Shown here: positions 1 to 14,169 of the stretch, piece after piece
Layout: each line of letters opens with the position of its first letter
Position numbering within the stretch: position 1 is the first letter of the stretch
NCBI RefSeq assembly: GCF_009914755.1
Contig: NC_060932.1
Length of the DNA: 64,000 nt
Strand: one strand, 5' to 3'
From: the human T2T-CHM13v2.0 reference genome, Homo sapiens
Made by a program: the position numbers and the translations under genes
Notes under the pieces: model-generated
What the model was told of the DNA's origin: nothing
Seen by the model: only the letters and a program-made list of their open reading frames with translations
The model's database searches: none

Positions 1-608
1 TCTGCTACAGGATATCCCACCTTCAAGTTTACCTCAAATTTAATATGTGCAAAACAGAATTCATTCTCTCTTCTTGATATCCTCCTTTTACCCCAGAGTG
101 TATCCTCTTGTGTTCCTTGTTGGTCAGTGACACTAGCATCCAACCAGTTGTCCAAACTTTCCTGTCTCTTCCTCTTTACCTTCTATACTCAGTTGTTTCC
201 AAGTCAGCTTCCTGCAAGTTTGCCTAGGCATTTTTCTCATGTTGCAGAACTTTATGCTTACTTTCAAATTAAAACCACATTGTTTAAACCTCTTAAGAGC
301 CTTAATAGATGTGGCTCCCTTTGCCTGGGAATAATAATCCTCTCCTCTTTGCCTAATTTCTACTTTTTCTTCAAGACTTAATTTAGTCATTACTTCTTGC
401 AGAAAGGTTTGTTATCCCATTAGCTATTATCTCATAGCAACCTGTGATAGTTGTTATCACAGAGATAATTCTTGCTGTATGTGATTATCTTTTCCCACCA
501 GACTACGAGCTACTAAATGGCCAGGGATTGTGGCCTGTATTTGTATTCCCTACATTTAGTTTAGTGCCTAGGGCATGGTAGGCTTCACTAAATGATTGTT
601 AAAAGAAT
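1..608 (+). mobile_element. L2 3' portion (approximate)
   Basis: cctcaaatttaatatgtgcaaaacagaa...; ends with L2 tail gtgcctagggcatggtaggcttcactaaatgattgtt. Confidence 0.7.
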
Positions 609-1937
609 ACATGAGATTGGGTATTGTTTTTCCCATTTATGTATATTTCTGAGGCACATTTGTTTTTTGGTTTTCAGAGGGTAGCAGTTTCACCTGTGTC
701 CCTCTCTGAGTTGAGAACCAACTGAAATACAGAAATATAAGAGTCAGTTTGAAGCAAGTCAAAATACCAGTTTTACTACTAGTAAAGCTGGGTTGGAGAA
801 TGCATCTTGATCTTTGTCCATTATCAGTCTTTCTGTTACTTTTCCTCCAAATCTAAACTTTCCAATGATGTATCTGAGGGACACCCCAAGTTAGCAGAGC
901 AAACACATTGACCAAGCCTTTTGCAAGGAAGGCACATTGATTCAAACTGCCCTATAACTCCATGGAGATCATGTAAAGATACACACTTCCAGACCCAGGT
1001 ATGCTTATAAGCAGGAAGAATGAATTGCAGACTGCACATCTGAAGGAGAAACTCTTAAGAGTTTGTTTATTCATTCATTTAACAAATAGATATTGAGCTC
1101 TTACCATGTGCTGGATGGACATTGTGCAGATGGTGCAGATATAGATTTGGTGCTTATGTTTTAGAGCCTACTAGGTTCCTTTTTTCCAGACTGACGAGTA
1201 AAATAAGTCACTTTTCCTCTTATAGCAGAAGTCTTCTCTAGGGAAGATAGGAACAGATGAATAGAATAGTTTATCCAAAGGTATAACCTGTTCTCTAGCC
1301 ATTGCATGTAAAATAATTCCCAAGGACTGATAATTTTAAGAACACGGTGGAATGAAATACAGAGAAACATATCAGCACAATCTTAAGAGAAATTTCAAAG
1401 GTCTGGTCATATTTTAGAAAAACGTGGAAAATTTGATCATGATAATTTCACTTTTCCTTTACTATACTTGAAATACTTGGCTTAGGATTTTAAAGACCAT
1501 TTAGTCATGATTTATTTCTGACATGAGTCTGCTAAGTATTCATTTATACAAGTTACTTAGAAAATCTACTCCCTAATGAGGTCTGGTGGCAGCATTTGAA
1601 AATAATGGGGAAATTCTAGTGGTCTTAGCCACAAATACCAGCTCCCTGTTGCCAGTGATAGGTCTTTATCACATCAGCATCTCCTGTGAAGTCTTTTCTG
1701 AATGTCATAGCATTCATTATTTTTCTCACTCATTTGGTCTCCTGGTTCTTTATAGTGCTATTTATGATTCAGTTATTGTAATATATAAGATGATCTTACG
1801 AGGTGCAGCCTATATTATAACTTATCTATTGCATAACTTAGGTAAGGACAGTTTCCCGAATACCTGAAGTACACAATAAGAAAAAGTCATATGCTAAATT
1901 CTCTACATCATTATACAAGGGGAGTGGTTCTCTAGAG

Positions 1938-2139
1938 CAATGGCTCCCGAATGAACGTGGGTGTGCATGAGGGCCATGGTGGGAGGGGGAGGCTTATTTT
2001 TAGAAAGAAGAATTCTGGTATGCCATCCCAGGGATTGATTCAGAAAGTCCTGGGTTGGGGGCAGGGAGTATTCACTTTTAAAAGTAATCTAGGAGATTCT
2101 TCTTCAGAGGGCTCATAGGCCACCCTTAGAGAAGCATTG
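1938..2139 (+). mobile_element. MER5-type hAT MITE
   Basis: caatggctccc ... gattcagaaagtcctgggttgggg ... ttagagaagcattg. Confidence 0.6.
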
Positions 2140-2826
2140 TACTATGGAAACATAGTTCGCTTTGATTGTATTTATTCCAAGGCAACCTTGTACAATTAAA
2201 GAATAAATACAAACAGTAAGAGAAGATTTTTATGAATGTTGATTTTGTTAGGGAGTTAGAAGTTGTGGTAATTGTTTCTTAGAGATGTGTTAATGTTAAA
2301 CGTTTGATAGATAAATCAGTATAATTAGGTATATATAGTTATACCCCAAGACTGAGGGTAAATCCAGTCATTTTCTATTGTTACTATTTTGTTTGCATCT
2401 AGCTTTGTTTTTAGTAAAAGAACTATATATTTTGTTTTCTGTAATGTTGATTTCTTACAATCTCAATATATATTAGACTGCTTAATATCAGGAACCAGTT
2501 GTATGAATATTTGCAAATTTCACAATGCCTTATATGTAGTAGACATTTTATAAAACATTTTCATTACAAATGTTGAGTAAATGAGCTTTCTATAAAAATT
2601 GTTGCATTATTTGATACATGGTAAGTATTATAGTTATTATATATGAAAAAAAACCAGCTAACATCTTAGGGTTTTTCATTTGTTTTACTGGTCTTCTATG
2701 TTTCTTTTTGTCTTCATCTTTTTCTGCCCTGACTGGATTCTTGCTGCTTTTCTTCATTTTGCAGTTGTAGCTGAAAATTTGACTATTTGATACCTTTAGA
2801 CATGTTCCAATACGCAGGAGAATAAG

Positions 2827-2940
2827 TAGGATTATCCTGGCTCCTGGTTTGCCTAGGATGGTCAAAGTTTATGCCACTGGTCCTGGCATAATTAATGATA
2901 GCACCCCCCAGCCACTCTCAAAATGCCAAATTATATAAAT
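2827..2940 (+). mobile_element. MER81 hAT-Blackjack MITE
   Basis: cctggtttgcctaggatggtc...gtcctggcataattaatgatagcaccccc...actctcaaaa. Confidence 0.65.
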
Positions 2941-5900
2941 TCCTTTGAAGCTTGAAACCATGTAAATAAGTGATTTGCAAGTTGAGTTCTTGCCTTCACA
3001 TATTCTTGCCACAATCCCATTTTTTGTTGTACTAATGTTATTGGTTCTTTCTGTATTTTGATTTCTAATTGTGAGCATTTTTGAGACCCCCTAATTTGAG
3101 GTGTCTTTATTTTTTATGAGAATTTTTCTGTTTTGTATGTGGAATTTTTAATTTACCTTAATAGTATTTTTAAACTACAGAAGATTTTAGTTGTCTCAAA
3201 ATAATTTGTTCTTTTAAAATGGTTTAGAAATGAGTGACAGACAGTTCCTGGGCCATTAGCTTATGTTCAAGCATTGATATAACAAAAGCAGTTTTCAAAA
3301 AGACATTTAACAATGTTCCTTGGTGTTCCATGAATATTTATTCAGGTTGTTAGAAGTCCTTTACAGGAAATATTTAGCTTATAAATAGGCTAATAAAGGG
3401 GAAGCTGTAAGTTCAGTTTCTTTTGTCCTCTTGGCATTAAAGGAAGCTGTTACCAGAAACACAGATCTCAGTTTTTAAGGTAAAATACTCCTATACATGT
3501 TAGCTAGCTTTGTTACTTTGTGTATTTACCAAGATTTTCTCTAAGACATGGAAGTAAGTTCCTATAGAAAGCTCCAAAGATATTGATTGATTGGTTGAAA
3601 TACACTCTATAAATGGAAACTGTCTCCATAATGACTTTACCAATTGTTTCCCTACAAATATAGGGAAACACTTTATTTTTGCCAACAAGTGCTTTTGTTA
3701 GACTGCATTTTAGCAGGACTCTTAGAACATGTTAGTGCTTAGTACTATTATAAATTCACTCTCAGTTCCATTATAAATTGTGGATAGTCTGATTTGCCTT
3801 ATGCCTTTCCTCTGTTTTTCTCCCTCTTAATCACGATCCCTAACATTTGTCTTAGACCACTACATAATTACTACACTCCTCTAAAACATATTAATTAGCA
3901 AAGTAAATTTCAATGTGATAGTACCATGGTTTGCATTAAAGAAGAAAGTCACTGCTTACATCTTTTTAAAAAAACAGTTACAACAATGAAAATGTTCTTT
4001 TTTTAATTCTAAGAGTACTACTGATATTGTAGAAGACATTAGCCAATCTTTTATATATTAAAAAAGGGAATCACATACTGTTTCAGTTTTTATTTTTGCA
4101 TCATTTGATTACTTACCTCTGTAGATTGGGACACCGGGGCGGTATAGTCTTCTTGCCAAGACTCTTCCCCCTGAGCACATTGAAGATGGTCAGTGACATG
4201 TAGGGTCCAGGGACATGGTCTTGAAAATAGGAATGAACCATGCAGTGTTGTACAGTGGTGGGGCAGAGGTATGAGTACTTTTCTCTCCTGGTTGCAGCTC
4301 TGGTTTCTCTTTCATCCGTTGGGTTGTTTCCTATTTTGCAAACTAAGCCAGGATCAGATGAAATGAAAAGGGAATGATATTATCTGATTTTAATATTTGT
4401 GTTAATTTTTTTTCAAATGATGATTCTAGAAGCTTTTTGAATGAAATCTCTCAGAATAATATTTTCCAAAAGCTGGGATTATTCTGTATTTTATTGCTCT
4501 TGTCTTTGTGTAACTCTGCTGAGTAATATTTAATTTTTTTCCAATAAATATGATAATATACAGTAAAGTTAAATTGAAGTGTAAGTCTACAACATGATTA
4601 CTAATAAGTAGGATAATGTCTAAAATTAAAACTTTTTAAATTAAAAATTGTAATAGTGGGAAAAAATCAGATATAAAGTATAAACCAGTTAGTTGCCTCA
4701 GGAAAAAAAGGTGCTGTTTTTTTTTTTCTACAGTTTCCCAGAATTGTTTGGAGAAGTGTACAAGAGTTTTGTCTGTGTTATGCCTATTATAGAGCAAAGT
4801 ATTGCAATGTAAGGAGAAGACCATCTTTTAAAACAGAATTGGAGCTTTAATTCTATTTATTGCTTTGTTGTCCTCTTTTCCATAAGGTTTATGTGCCTAG
4901 GAATTAAAAACAAGTAGTGAAATTGAGAATGAAAGGAGAGAAGGTATACGATTATATGTGGAAAGAATCATGTAATAAAATACTCCTCTAATGGATTAAA
5001 ATCCTTTTAAAAGGAACACTTTTCTGAAGATAAGATTATTTTGTTCCTTTCTTTTGACCCCATATCTAATTAGTCACCAAACTCTTTTCATGTTTTCCCA
5101 CTTTTCTTTCAAAGCTCTGGGACACTAGAATATGCATTTTGTTTTTCCCATGTGCCGTCCTGCCTAGTGTTGCTTGCGTTGTTCCATTTGATTACAGTTG
5201 TCCTTCACTGTCTCTAGTTTATTCCTGTAGTTCAGTCTTACTTGTTCTTCACGGGAGTCCTCAGTATCCAGTTCGAGTTCCATGTCCTTGGTAAAACCTC
5301 TTTTCACTTTAGCCGCAAGTTGTTTTCTCTCTCCTCTGAACCTCTGTGGTGCTTACAGCTGTGCAGTCTATTTGACATTGGAGAGCCTTTGTCCTAAAAT
5401 GTCCAAAGTTTGTTTTAAAACTTAATTTTTAAACTTTGTCTTTTAAAGTATGTAGTCACCTTTTTAAGTCCTTGTAGTTGTCATTTGAAGCATAGTTTGC
5501 TAAAATAACACCTATATTACAGGCTTTATAGATAATACATATGTGTATGTGTGTATATATATATAAAAATACAGAATTATATATAATACGTGTGTGTGTG
5601 TGTATATTGCTCTTTGGGTAGCTCTGTTGAGTAATTAATTTTTTTCTGATAAGTATGATAATATGCAGTACACAGACATATTTAGCTTTACTGCTGTGTA
5701 TTACATATATGTGTATATACACACACATACACACATATTATATGTAAATTGTTTTGGTACCTGGAAAGGATATGTGTGAGTGGAACTGTAATATTGCTAA
5801 ATATTTTTGATTGTATGAAGTAAATGTCTTGTTCTGACATCAACTGAATGAGTAACTGGACTTTTAATTTTAACCTTGGAGGGAATATATGTGAGGCAGA

Positions 5901-7170
5901 CTCTTTTAAAGGGTTTTGGACACCACAGAGCTAGAGTTCTTGAAGTGGTTAATTTTAAAAATCTTCTAATAGAAAGTCTGTCTCTTTTCACCTTGATTAC
6001 TGGTGGACTCTGCTAGACCTAAAAATAAAGCATGAATTGTTCAAAGTGATTCATTTGACATTGTCATCTGTTTGTTGGAAAAATCATATCATTCTGGCAC
6101 TTATTTAGTGTTTTATGGTGGACAGTGTACTTTATTGATTTTTATAGCGTATAGGAGCAGATGTTAAACTCACTTTATATTTTGTTTCCTTGTTTATTTA
6201 GGAAAAAGCATTTTTATAAATGTCTGCTTTATGCCTGACATGCATAACAATGAGTAAGATACATGGGCTTTGCATTTGAGGAATTCATATTCTGGTGGTG
6301 AAGACAGACACATATATGTAAACGAGCAGTAGATTGTTACAGGTGCTGTGATAGAAATATATAATGAGGGCATGAAGGACCAAAATCCAGTAATCGTAGG
6401 CACTGTCATTTAAAAGTATGAAATCTAGTGAGCCATACATATGTCAGTCAATTTCTATTATGTTACATGTGAGAATTAAATGAGAGAATTGCTACATAGA
6501 AGGTGTAGATACTATTATTGTATGCTTTTATAGATTATGAAACAAACTTAATTCAAAGCCATACAGTCAGTTTCCATAATATGAATACAATCTAAACATT
6601 CTTCATCTCCAGTGACAGTGTTACTAACTTAGTATTTTTGTTTTGGAGGATAGCTTTATCCCAAGTAGCCAGTGGCATGGTGGCAGTTAGTGGTGGAGAC
6701 ATCAATATTTCCAGTTAAATTATCATTGAATAGTATAGTCCCTTGAAAGTGGAAGTTGCTTATTTTTAAAGGGGTCTTTTTTTTTTTAATGATCCAAGTC
6801 CCCAAATTTATAGAGTTGCATAGGAAAGCAAATGTTATCTCAAACCAGAAGTACTCAGTGGTCAACCAACCACTTACAATATTGGTTCCCAGTATTCAGA
6901 ATTCTCCTAGTACCTTTGAGTGCCTGCGTGCCTAATCCATACTATCAGTTTCACCTTGAGTTTCTCTATGCAGCTGCTCAAGTCCTTCTATGAATGCCTC
7001 TTTGAGACAGGATGGATTGGAAATTAGCTCTAATACCTCATTATTGAAGGAGGAGGATGTTTCCTCTTCTAGAGGTCAATTGGCATCACTACTGTTTAGG
7101 GACTAAGAGGCATTGCTGAATCTATATGAGAATGATGTTAGGGGAGCAAAGGAGAAGAATTTTCTTGCAG

Positions 7171-7439
7171 TGTTGAGTAGATAAAACAAACTGCTTGCTT
7201 CTTCTACTATACTGTCACAATACTTGAACACTTCTGTGAACAAATGTGTGGGAGATTTTCCCCAAGCACCGAGCTAGCAATTCCCCAGCTGGGTGTCCTC
7301 TGACGTAATTCAGTTCTTAGCAATATTTACATGGAGGTAGTGTCACAACCCACAGGTTGAGGGCTCTGTCCCACAGGACTGCCTCCCTCCGCCCCCCTCC
7401 CCTCCAGCACACACACACACTCACATACACACACACATG

Positions 7440-7472
<33 letters not shown>

Positions 7473-8100
7473 AAGATGCCAGTTGGAAGCCCCAGGTTGT
7501 TTTACCTGTGCTTCTGCCAGCTATAAATCAGGATTCCCACACTCCCTCCTTGGGCTCAGCTAATTTGCTAGAGTGGCTCACAGAACTTAGGGAAATACTT
7601 TACTTACATTTACCAGTTTATTATAAAGGCTATTAAGAAGGAGACAGATGAACAGCCGGATGGAAAAGATGCATAGGTCCAAGTATGGGAGAAGGAGTGA
7701 GGAGCTTCCATATATATTTGCTCCAGGTAAGTCACCCTCCGGAAACTTCCATGTGTCCAGCCACCTGGAAGCCCATCCACACCCAGTCCTTTTCGGTTTT
7801 TTTATAGAGGCTTCACTATAAAGGCGCGATTGATTAAATCATTGGCCACCTGTAACCAACTTAACTATCAGCCCCTCCCGCATCCTTAGAGGTTAGGGGT
7901 TGTGGCTGAAAGTCCCCATCCTCTGGTCATGCCTTGGTCTTTACTGTGACTAACCCACACCAGAAGCTATCCTTGAGCCCCCAGCCATCAGTCAACTTAT
8001 TAGTATACACAATGACACTTGGCACTTTGGAGAACCTAAGACTATCAGAAGCTATTTGTTAGGAAATGGGAAGACCAAATATATATTTCACAATATCACA
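7171..8100 (-). mobile_element. MER21 (B/C-like) solo LTR, antisense, intron 1; left boundary approximate
   Basis: Reverse complement begins tgtgatattgtgaaatatatatttggtcttc (MER21 5' end); internal motifs ttgctagagtggctcacagaactt, gattaaatcattggcc. Confidence 0.82.
7408..7472. repeat. Compound (CA)n/(CT)n microsatellite inside the MER21 LTR
   Basis: cacacacacacac...tctctctgtctctctgtctc. Confidence 0.9.
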
Positions 8101-9629
8101 GATGTCTTTAAAGAAATGTTACTTCAGGAGTATGTAAAATTTACTCATAAAAAAAGAGCTTATTAAGTGTGTTTAGGTGGCTTCTACACTCCAGGCACTT
8201 TTTATGTATTATTAATTTAATACCCTTAACTGTGAGAAGTAGGTAGTAGGATTTTCCTGTTCACTGACTAAGGCTCAGAGAGCTGTATTGAATAGATTAC
8301 TTCTGAGCTTATGTGTACACTACTATAATATTCAGCCTGGCACTTTTTTGGTTATAATTTATCCACTGTGTCTGAATTCTATTTTCCCAAAGTTATCCCA
8401 CTTGAGCCTTCCTATTTCATATTCTTCTAGTGTATCATAATCAGAGTTCTGAATTCCACATGCTGTTGGAGGAGAATAGTGGATAGTTTTCTCTTTTATG
8501 TGCTGGAATTAATTTATTTTTACTGATAATAGTATTTATTGAATATTTCCTAGGTGACAAACACCGCAAAGGCACTAGACATACAATTGGGGAAAAGAAC
8601 TACAATGTAGAATTAAATTTAAAGGAAGAATTTATATTGCTTAGACTTGCCAGTTGTTGGAGACTTTCTGTGATATGCTCATCCCCCTCTTTTTTTTTTT
8701 TTTTTCTTTCTTTTGGGAAAGAGGAAGTTGGGAAGAGGTCAAAAATATATTAGTTTTGGGACCCAAGTGAGTTTGTTGGAAGGGATCAGAAGCTAGGATA
8801 AGGAGGAACTAAAGGAATGCTTTAAGGAAAGGGGGTGTAAGTAGGCTTGCTTTCTTATTTAACCTGTATGAAAAACCTACTTTTATTAAGCTAGCAATAT
8901 AAGTACTTTAATAGTATCTTATTTAAGCTAGTTGGCTTTGCTTGCAGAACTTGATATGGATATTATCAAGTTCTTGATAGCTTTATATTTGATGTCAATG
9001 ACAAGTTAGGTAAGTTACAGTACTTCTGTGCCCTCTGCTAATTAATTAGAAGTAAAGTGAACTAGGCACTTCCTGAACAGTAGGTAAAAGGATCTAGAGT
9101 CAGAAAGATCGACTAGAAAATAGTCTGATACAACATGAAGGACTATGTTCAGGTACCTGCAGCTGAACTCGAAAAGCCTTATGAATTTACTTCAACAAGG
9201 GAGTCACCTACATTTCTATACTTGAGTAGGTCCAATGATTTTATTTTACTTGTTCTGATATTTATAAGTAGAATATTCATATTTATTTAAAAGTCTATAT
9301 AGTAATTTCTTTTGTGATTATTATTGCCAGTTATTTCAACCTTACATTGTCTTTGATATAATTTTATAAAAACCTGAAATTGTAAATGAAAAATTTTAAC
9401 CTATATGCCTTCTTTATAGTGGGTAGTTTTTTATTTTTAGTAAGTGGTCAAAAAGGTATTTTTGTTTTGTGTTGGGCCTTCCTGAGAAACTCACTGTGAT
9501 CATTTATTTCCCTATATGGCAATGCATCCCTCATCTGTTAGGCACACACATTTCTGCAATTATGTTCATTGGTCATGATTTATAGAAAGCTAAAATATTT
9601 AAAGTAATTTAGAAATTTGCTGGTACTTG

Positions 9630-10250
9630 AGTTTAGTGTGGCAGTTACTCTTTGAAGTCATCAGGTCTGGGTTGGAATTGCAGTTCCTCAGATCCTCCCC
9701 AGCTGGGTGTTACTGGACAAAATTGGCCTCTCTAAGCTGGTTTCCTCATTTATCCAATGGAGATGATCATAACCCTCAGAGAGTTACGATAGGAGTGAGT
9801 GAATAATGTTGTAACATCCTTAGTACAGTGCTGTACACGTCATCTTCAGAAAATGGTAATTGTCCCTCCTGCTATTGATATAGTTATGGTTGTGAACCAT
9901 ATGTAAAATTTATTGTGATTTTTAAATTATGGGCTTACAACAAAGATTTTTATGCTATTGGGAATCCTATCTTAAGGGTCCTTGATCATCATCTGCTTAC
10001 CCTGATTGTAATACTCCTCTTACTGCATTACTAATAATAGCTACCATTGTATTGAGTGCTTGCTTAATAAGAGCTTTATATACAATTTTATTTAATTCTT
10101 ATTATTATGAAGAAGGCATTATTACATCTATTTTTACTGATGGGGAAACTTGTGTGTAGTAAGACAAAGTAACGCACCCAGCCCAGCTGGACGGAGGGAG
10201 ACTGATTCACTTCAGATCTGTCTGTTCCAAAGCCCATGTTCTTTAACCCA
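9630..10250. mobile_element. Two MIRs tail to tail (+ about 9630-9840; - about 10030-10250)
   Basis: MIR core ctctctaagctggtttcctcattt and reverse core tttttactgatggggaaact. Confidence 0.65.
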
Positions 10251-10739
10251 TGGCTGTCCACTAGACACTTCACCATTTGCTTATCTGTCTCTCCTGGTAA
10301 ACCTAAGCTTCCCAAAAGTGGGAACTGGACATTGTTTGCATTCCAAGGTTACATTTATATTTCAAGCTCTTTTAAACTAAAAGCAGTGTATAGTGTATAA
10401 CATCAGAAATGTTAATGTAAGTGAAACTTAATAGCTTATTAAGAATCTTTCTTATTGAAAATAACAAAATTTCCCATTCTTACAGAAAACTTGAAACATT
10501 AGGACTTGTTTTTTAGACGTGTGGCTAGTCTGTGCCATGCTAACAATTTGAATTTACTATATTTGGCTTTGCATTAGTGTTCACTAAGTACTCACTTAAT
10601 CTTCTTTTCAGGTTATAAGCTTCTTTCATCATTGCAATACAGGACCTGGCTCAGTGCTTGTGTGCTTAATACATATTTGATTTTAATTTATTTTAGTGTC
10701 AGTATTAATGTTGATCTAAAGTATTTTTAGATTATTTCA

Positions 10740-12700
10740 GTTGTTTGGGATTCATCAGTGAGCAAAACAATGATCCCTGCCTTCATCTGAGTTTGTCCTG
10801 GTGAGGGGGCACAGATGAGGACCAGTAAACACAATAGAAAGTTTATTTAATGTGGTAGGTGATAAGTGCTATGGGAAAAAGAAGGTAGAGCAGGGTAAGG
10901 GTGGTCAGAGAGGCGTAGATGAAGAATTGAAGAAGGTGACAGAGTTATTATAGCTGTTAGTAGATACTTGGGCATGCCCCAGGCAGAGGGAACAGTGAGA
11001 GTTAAGATCCAAAGGAGGGGGTCTAGCTGGTTAGAATTAGCAGGGAGACCACTGTGGCTTGAGTAGAGTGGATTGCAACAGGTGGGTGGGGGTATGCCGG
11101 AGTTGCGGGCAGATGACATCAGAAAGGAGGTAAAGGGGGCACGGATGATGTTTTCACTTTGTCAGATGAATTTGGCGGGATGTGTATGCATGTTACCTAA
11201 AAATTCTTAGAAGCTGTGTGTCTTTGGAGTAAGGATAAGAAATTTAACTTTGTCTTTTCTTAATCACTGATTACATTTGTATGTCTTTATTTGTGACAGT
11301 TTGAACTTTGTATTTTATATAGCCCATTAATATTCAGAAACTTGAATTTCCAGGCCTGTTTACAATATTAATAATATCTGTATTTCTTGATTTTTTTTTT
11401 TTTTAACAGGAGTATGCTGCTGCTGTTCCGCTTTGCGTCCTCGCTACAAACGCCTGGTGGACAACATATTCCCTGAAGATCCAAAAGTAATTTGATCTAC
11501 ATCTACTGATCCTTCTCTTTGCTGACCCATTCTGCCCCCCGCTGACCTCCTTAAGGTTTCCCTAATTTCATTTCTCTACTTTTACCCTTACATCTCATCA
11601 TTTATACTACTTTTTTTATACTTTTCTTTTTTTTACTCTTAAATGACCCATGCTTGCTTGTCTAGTTTTCAGATCCTTTTAGTAGATTAGGCACAAATCT
11701 AGAAAAATGGACAGTTGATGTTCTTTTATAGTTTATATAGTGTCTAAGTAACACTGTCGCATTAATTTATGTTCATTAATTTATGAACCAGTGCCAGATT
11801 ATTTAAACTAAGTGCTCATGATACCACTATGAACAGAGAGAAGGTTTTCTGCTCTCATTATGCACATATATAAGTAAATTGGTAATTACAGTTTCTTGTA
11901 AAAAAAAAATGTTGTACTAGACAAATGAAGTATGGGCTGCTCCTGGAGAAGATAGGAGTGATACCCAATTTGGGTTGAGGAGAAGAAAGCCTGGAGGAAA
12001 TAAAATCTAAGCTAAGATCCAAAGAATAAATAGGGATTGACCACACAGTTTTTAGAAGAGAACTGAGAGGTAAAGAAAGATTGTTTCAGGCAGAGTTTTT
12101 CTTTTTACTTAAATACTATTTAATTTTTTTATAACAATTATTTTATTTGTGAAGATTACTGGTTTCAAAGCAACTGGTTGGGGTGATTTTGTTTCACATT
12201 GCCTCAACCTTTCTAAGACTTCTGTAGTCTCCTGTTAAATGAATAGGAACAAAAAAAAAGTTACATGGCTTTTGACTTCCAAAATTTGCTTTATTTTAAA
12301 ATGTAACAAACTGTATAAAGCTTTTGATTATCTTAATATTAACTTAATGTTGATGTATCTTATTTTTAACCAAATCTGTTTAAACATTCAGTTATGTAGA
12401 GGAGGTTAATCAATTAAATATTATTGGCTGCCAGATATCCTGGAAAATTTGTGGCATATTAAAAACCCTAAGATATGGTACTGCCTTGAAGGACCTTTCC
12501 ATCCAGTAACTGACATAAAGCAGAAACATACTAAATATGAAATTACAGTGCATAAATCAGTAAGTAAAATGCTAAGTAAATCAGGTGGAAAGTTTTTGCC
12601 TCTAAAGCAGGGAGGTATCACTGTGGGTTGGGAACCTCCGGGAAGCATTCACAGAGGAAATGAGATTTGCTGAGCTTTGAAGTATGTATACCATCTGGAG
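10740..12700 (-). mobile_element. Several antisense L2 fragments flanking exon 2 (about 10740-11140, 11760-12090, 12410-12700)
   Basis: Purine-rich L2 reverse motifs, e.g. gatccctgccttc, gataagtgctatggga, ccaggcagagggaacag. Confidence 0.55.
11410..11486 (+). CDS. EFR3A: EFR3A exon 2 (77 nt): (R)VCCCCSALRPRYKRLVDNIFPEDPK; Cys cluster for palmitoylation plus basic patch
   Basis: Long T tract then aacag acceptor; donor AAA|gtaatt; phase 1-0. Confidence 0.96.
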
Positions 12701-13932
12701 AGGTAGACAAGATTAGTCTCTTTATTGCAAGTGAGGGGAAAGAGAAAAGACATGGGAAAGCAAGACATATATTTGAAGCCTAGAGCAAGTTATCCATCAG
12801 ACTTCAAGCGAAGGTTTATATAACCTAATTGTAGAGTGTAAGGGTGGTAATCATGTTGACCATGATTTCTCATTTGAAATTTCAGATGTTATCAGTTAGT
12901 AGACTGAATATCCAAATAATTATTTTCCTGAGAAGTCTGGGACATATGGTTACTGAAGGTAAGGTGGAGGCCAGATTTTAGAGGATTGTGAATGACAAGG
13001 AAGGCCTCTACTATAGTCACTTTAACTTGTAGTCAGTGAAGGAGCTTTGAACACTTGATCATTGAAATGACCATAGGTAAATTAGAGAAAGAATCCTTAT
13101 TTTTGCCAAGGATTTATATAAGATTTGTTTAAATAGCAATCTTTAAAATAAGATTTTAAAAAAGGAAAAGATCTACATGAACCTTGAATATATATGGCAA
13201 ACATTACTCAATTTGCCATGTTTCTTATTTTTAACTTGTTAAAACAAACAAATCTTGTGATATGTCCATAATCGGTCAGACAGTAGGTACCCAAATGCAG
13301 AAGCAGATGTCATAGTCCCTGCCTTGAAAGAGAAATCTAGTAAGGGGGACAGATAAACAGTTTCTTAAAATTAGTAGCCAGATGATCTTGGGCAAGTCCC
13401 TTGTTTTGTCATCATGTAATGGAAGTAATAAGTAGTACCGATCTCATAATGTTCTCATGAGGACTAAATGAGTTAATGCAGCTCTTTACTCACTGTTGCT
13501 TTCCTAATGTCTATCATTGTGCCTGGCACATAGTTGGCACTCATTATTTGTTTAATGAATGAAAAGATAATCTGATAAAATATAATAGTGGAGGTAAGTA
13601 CTGTGAGGTAGAAGAACATGTAGTTGGAACATCTCACCCAAACTTGGAGTGGGGGCTGTTGGGAGGGTGCAACACAGTATTGGAGGAAGCTAAGACCTAA
13701 AGGATGAGTAGGAATTATCCAGGTGAACTGGAGAAGGGTTCCTAGGCAAAGAGATGAGTTGAGTGAAAGAAGTCTTGCACAAAATATATGATTTGTAAAC
13801 TGTATGATTCTATTTATGTCAGATGCATGCTGATTCATAGTGATAAAAAGCAGAGCAGTGGTTGCCTGAAGAGGGAGAGATGGCCTGCAAAGGACATGGG
13901 AAATCTTTTGTAAATGATGAAAATGTTCTTTT

Positions 13933-14169
13933 CCTGTTGAACATCCCTAATCCAAAAACCTGAAATCTGAAATGCTCTGAAATCCAAAACTTTTTGAGCA
14001 CTGACATGATACTCAAAGGAAATGCTCACTGGAGCATTTTGGATTTTGAATTTTTGGATTAGGGATATCTAAGTAGTTAAGTATCTGCAAATATTCCAAA
14101 ATCTGAAAAAATAGCCAAAGTTGAAACACTTCTGATCCCAGGCATTTTGGATGAGGTATCCTCAACCTG
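13933..14169 (+). mobile_element. Tigger4a (MER46A) MITE nested in an old L1M 3' end (about 13780-14280)
   Basis: gttgaacatccctaatcc ... gaggtatcctcaacctg followed by TA; internal inverted repeat. Confidence 0.85.

Noticed and set aside
5531-5741. Apparent inverted repeat of (TG/TA)n and (CA/TA)n tracts
   Set aside because: Complementarity comes from simple dinucleotide repeats
127-11119. Many 60-95-aa ORFs in intron 1, and similar ones throughout the window
   Set aside because: Low-complexity or repeat-derived, often with non-ATG starts and no recognisable domains; expected by chance
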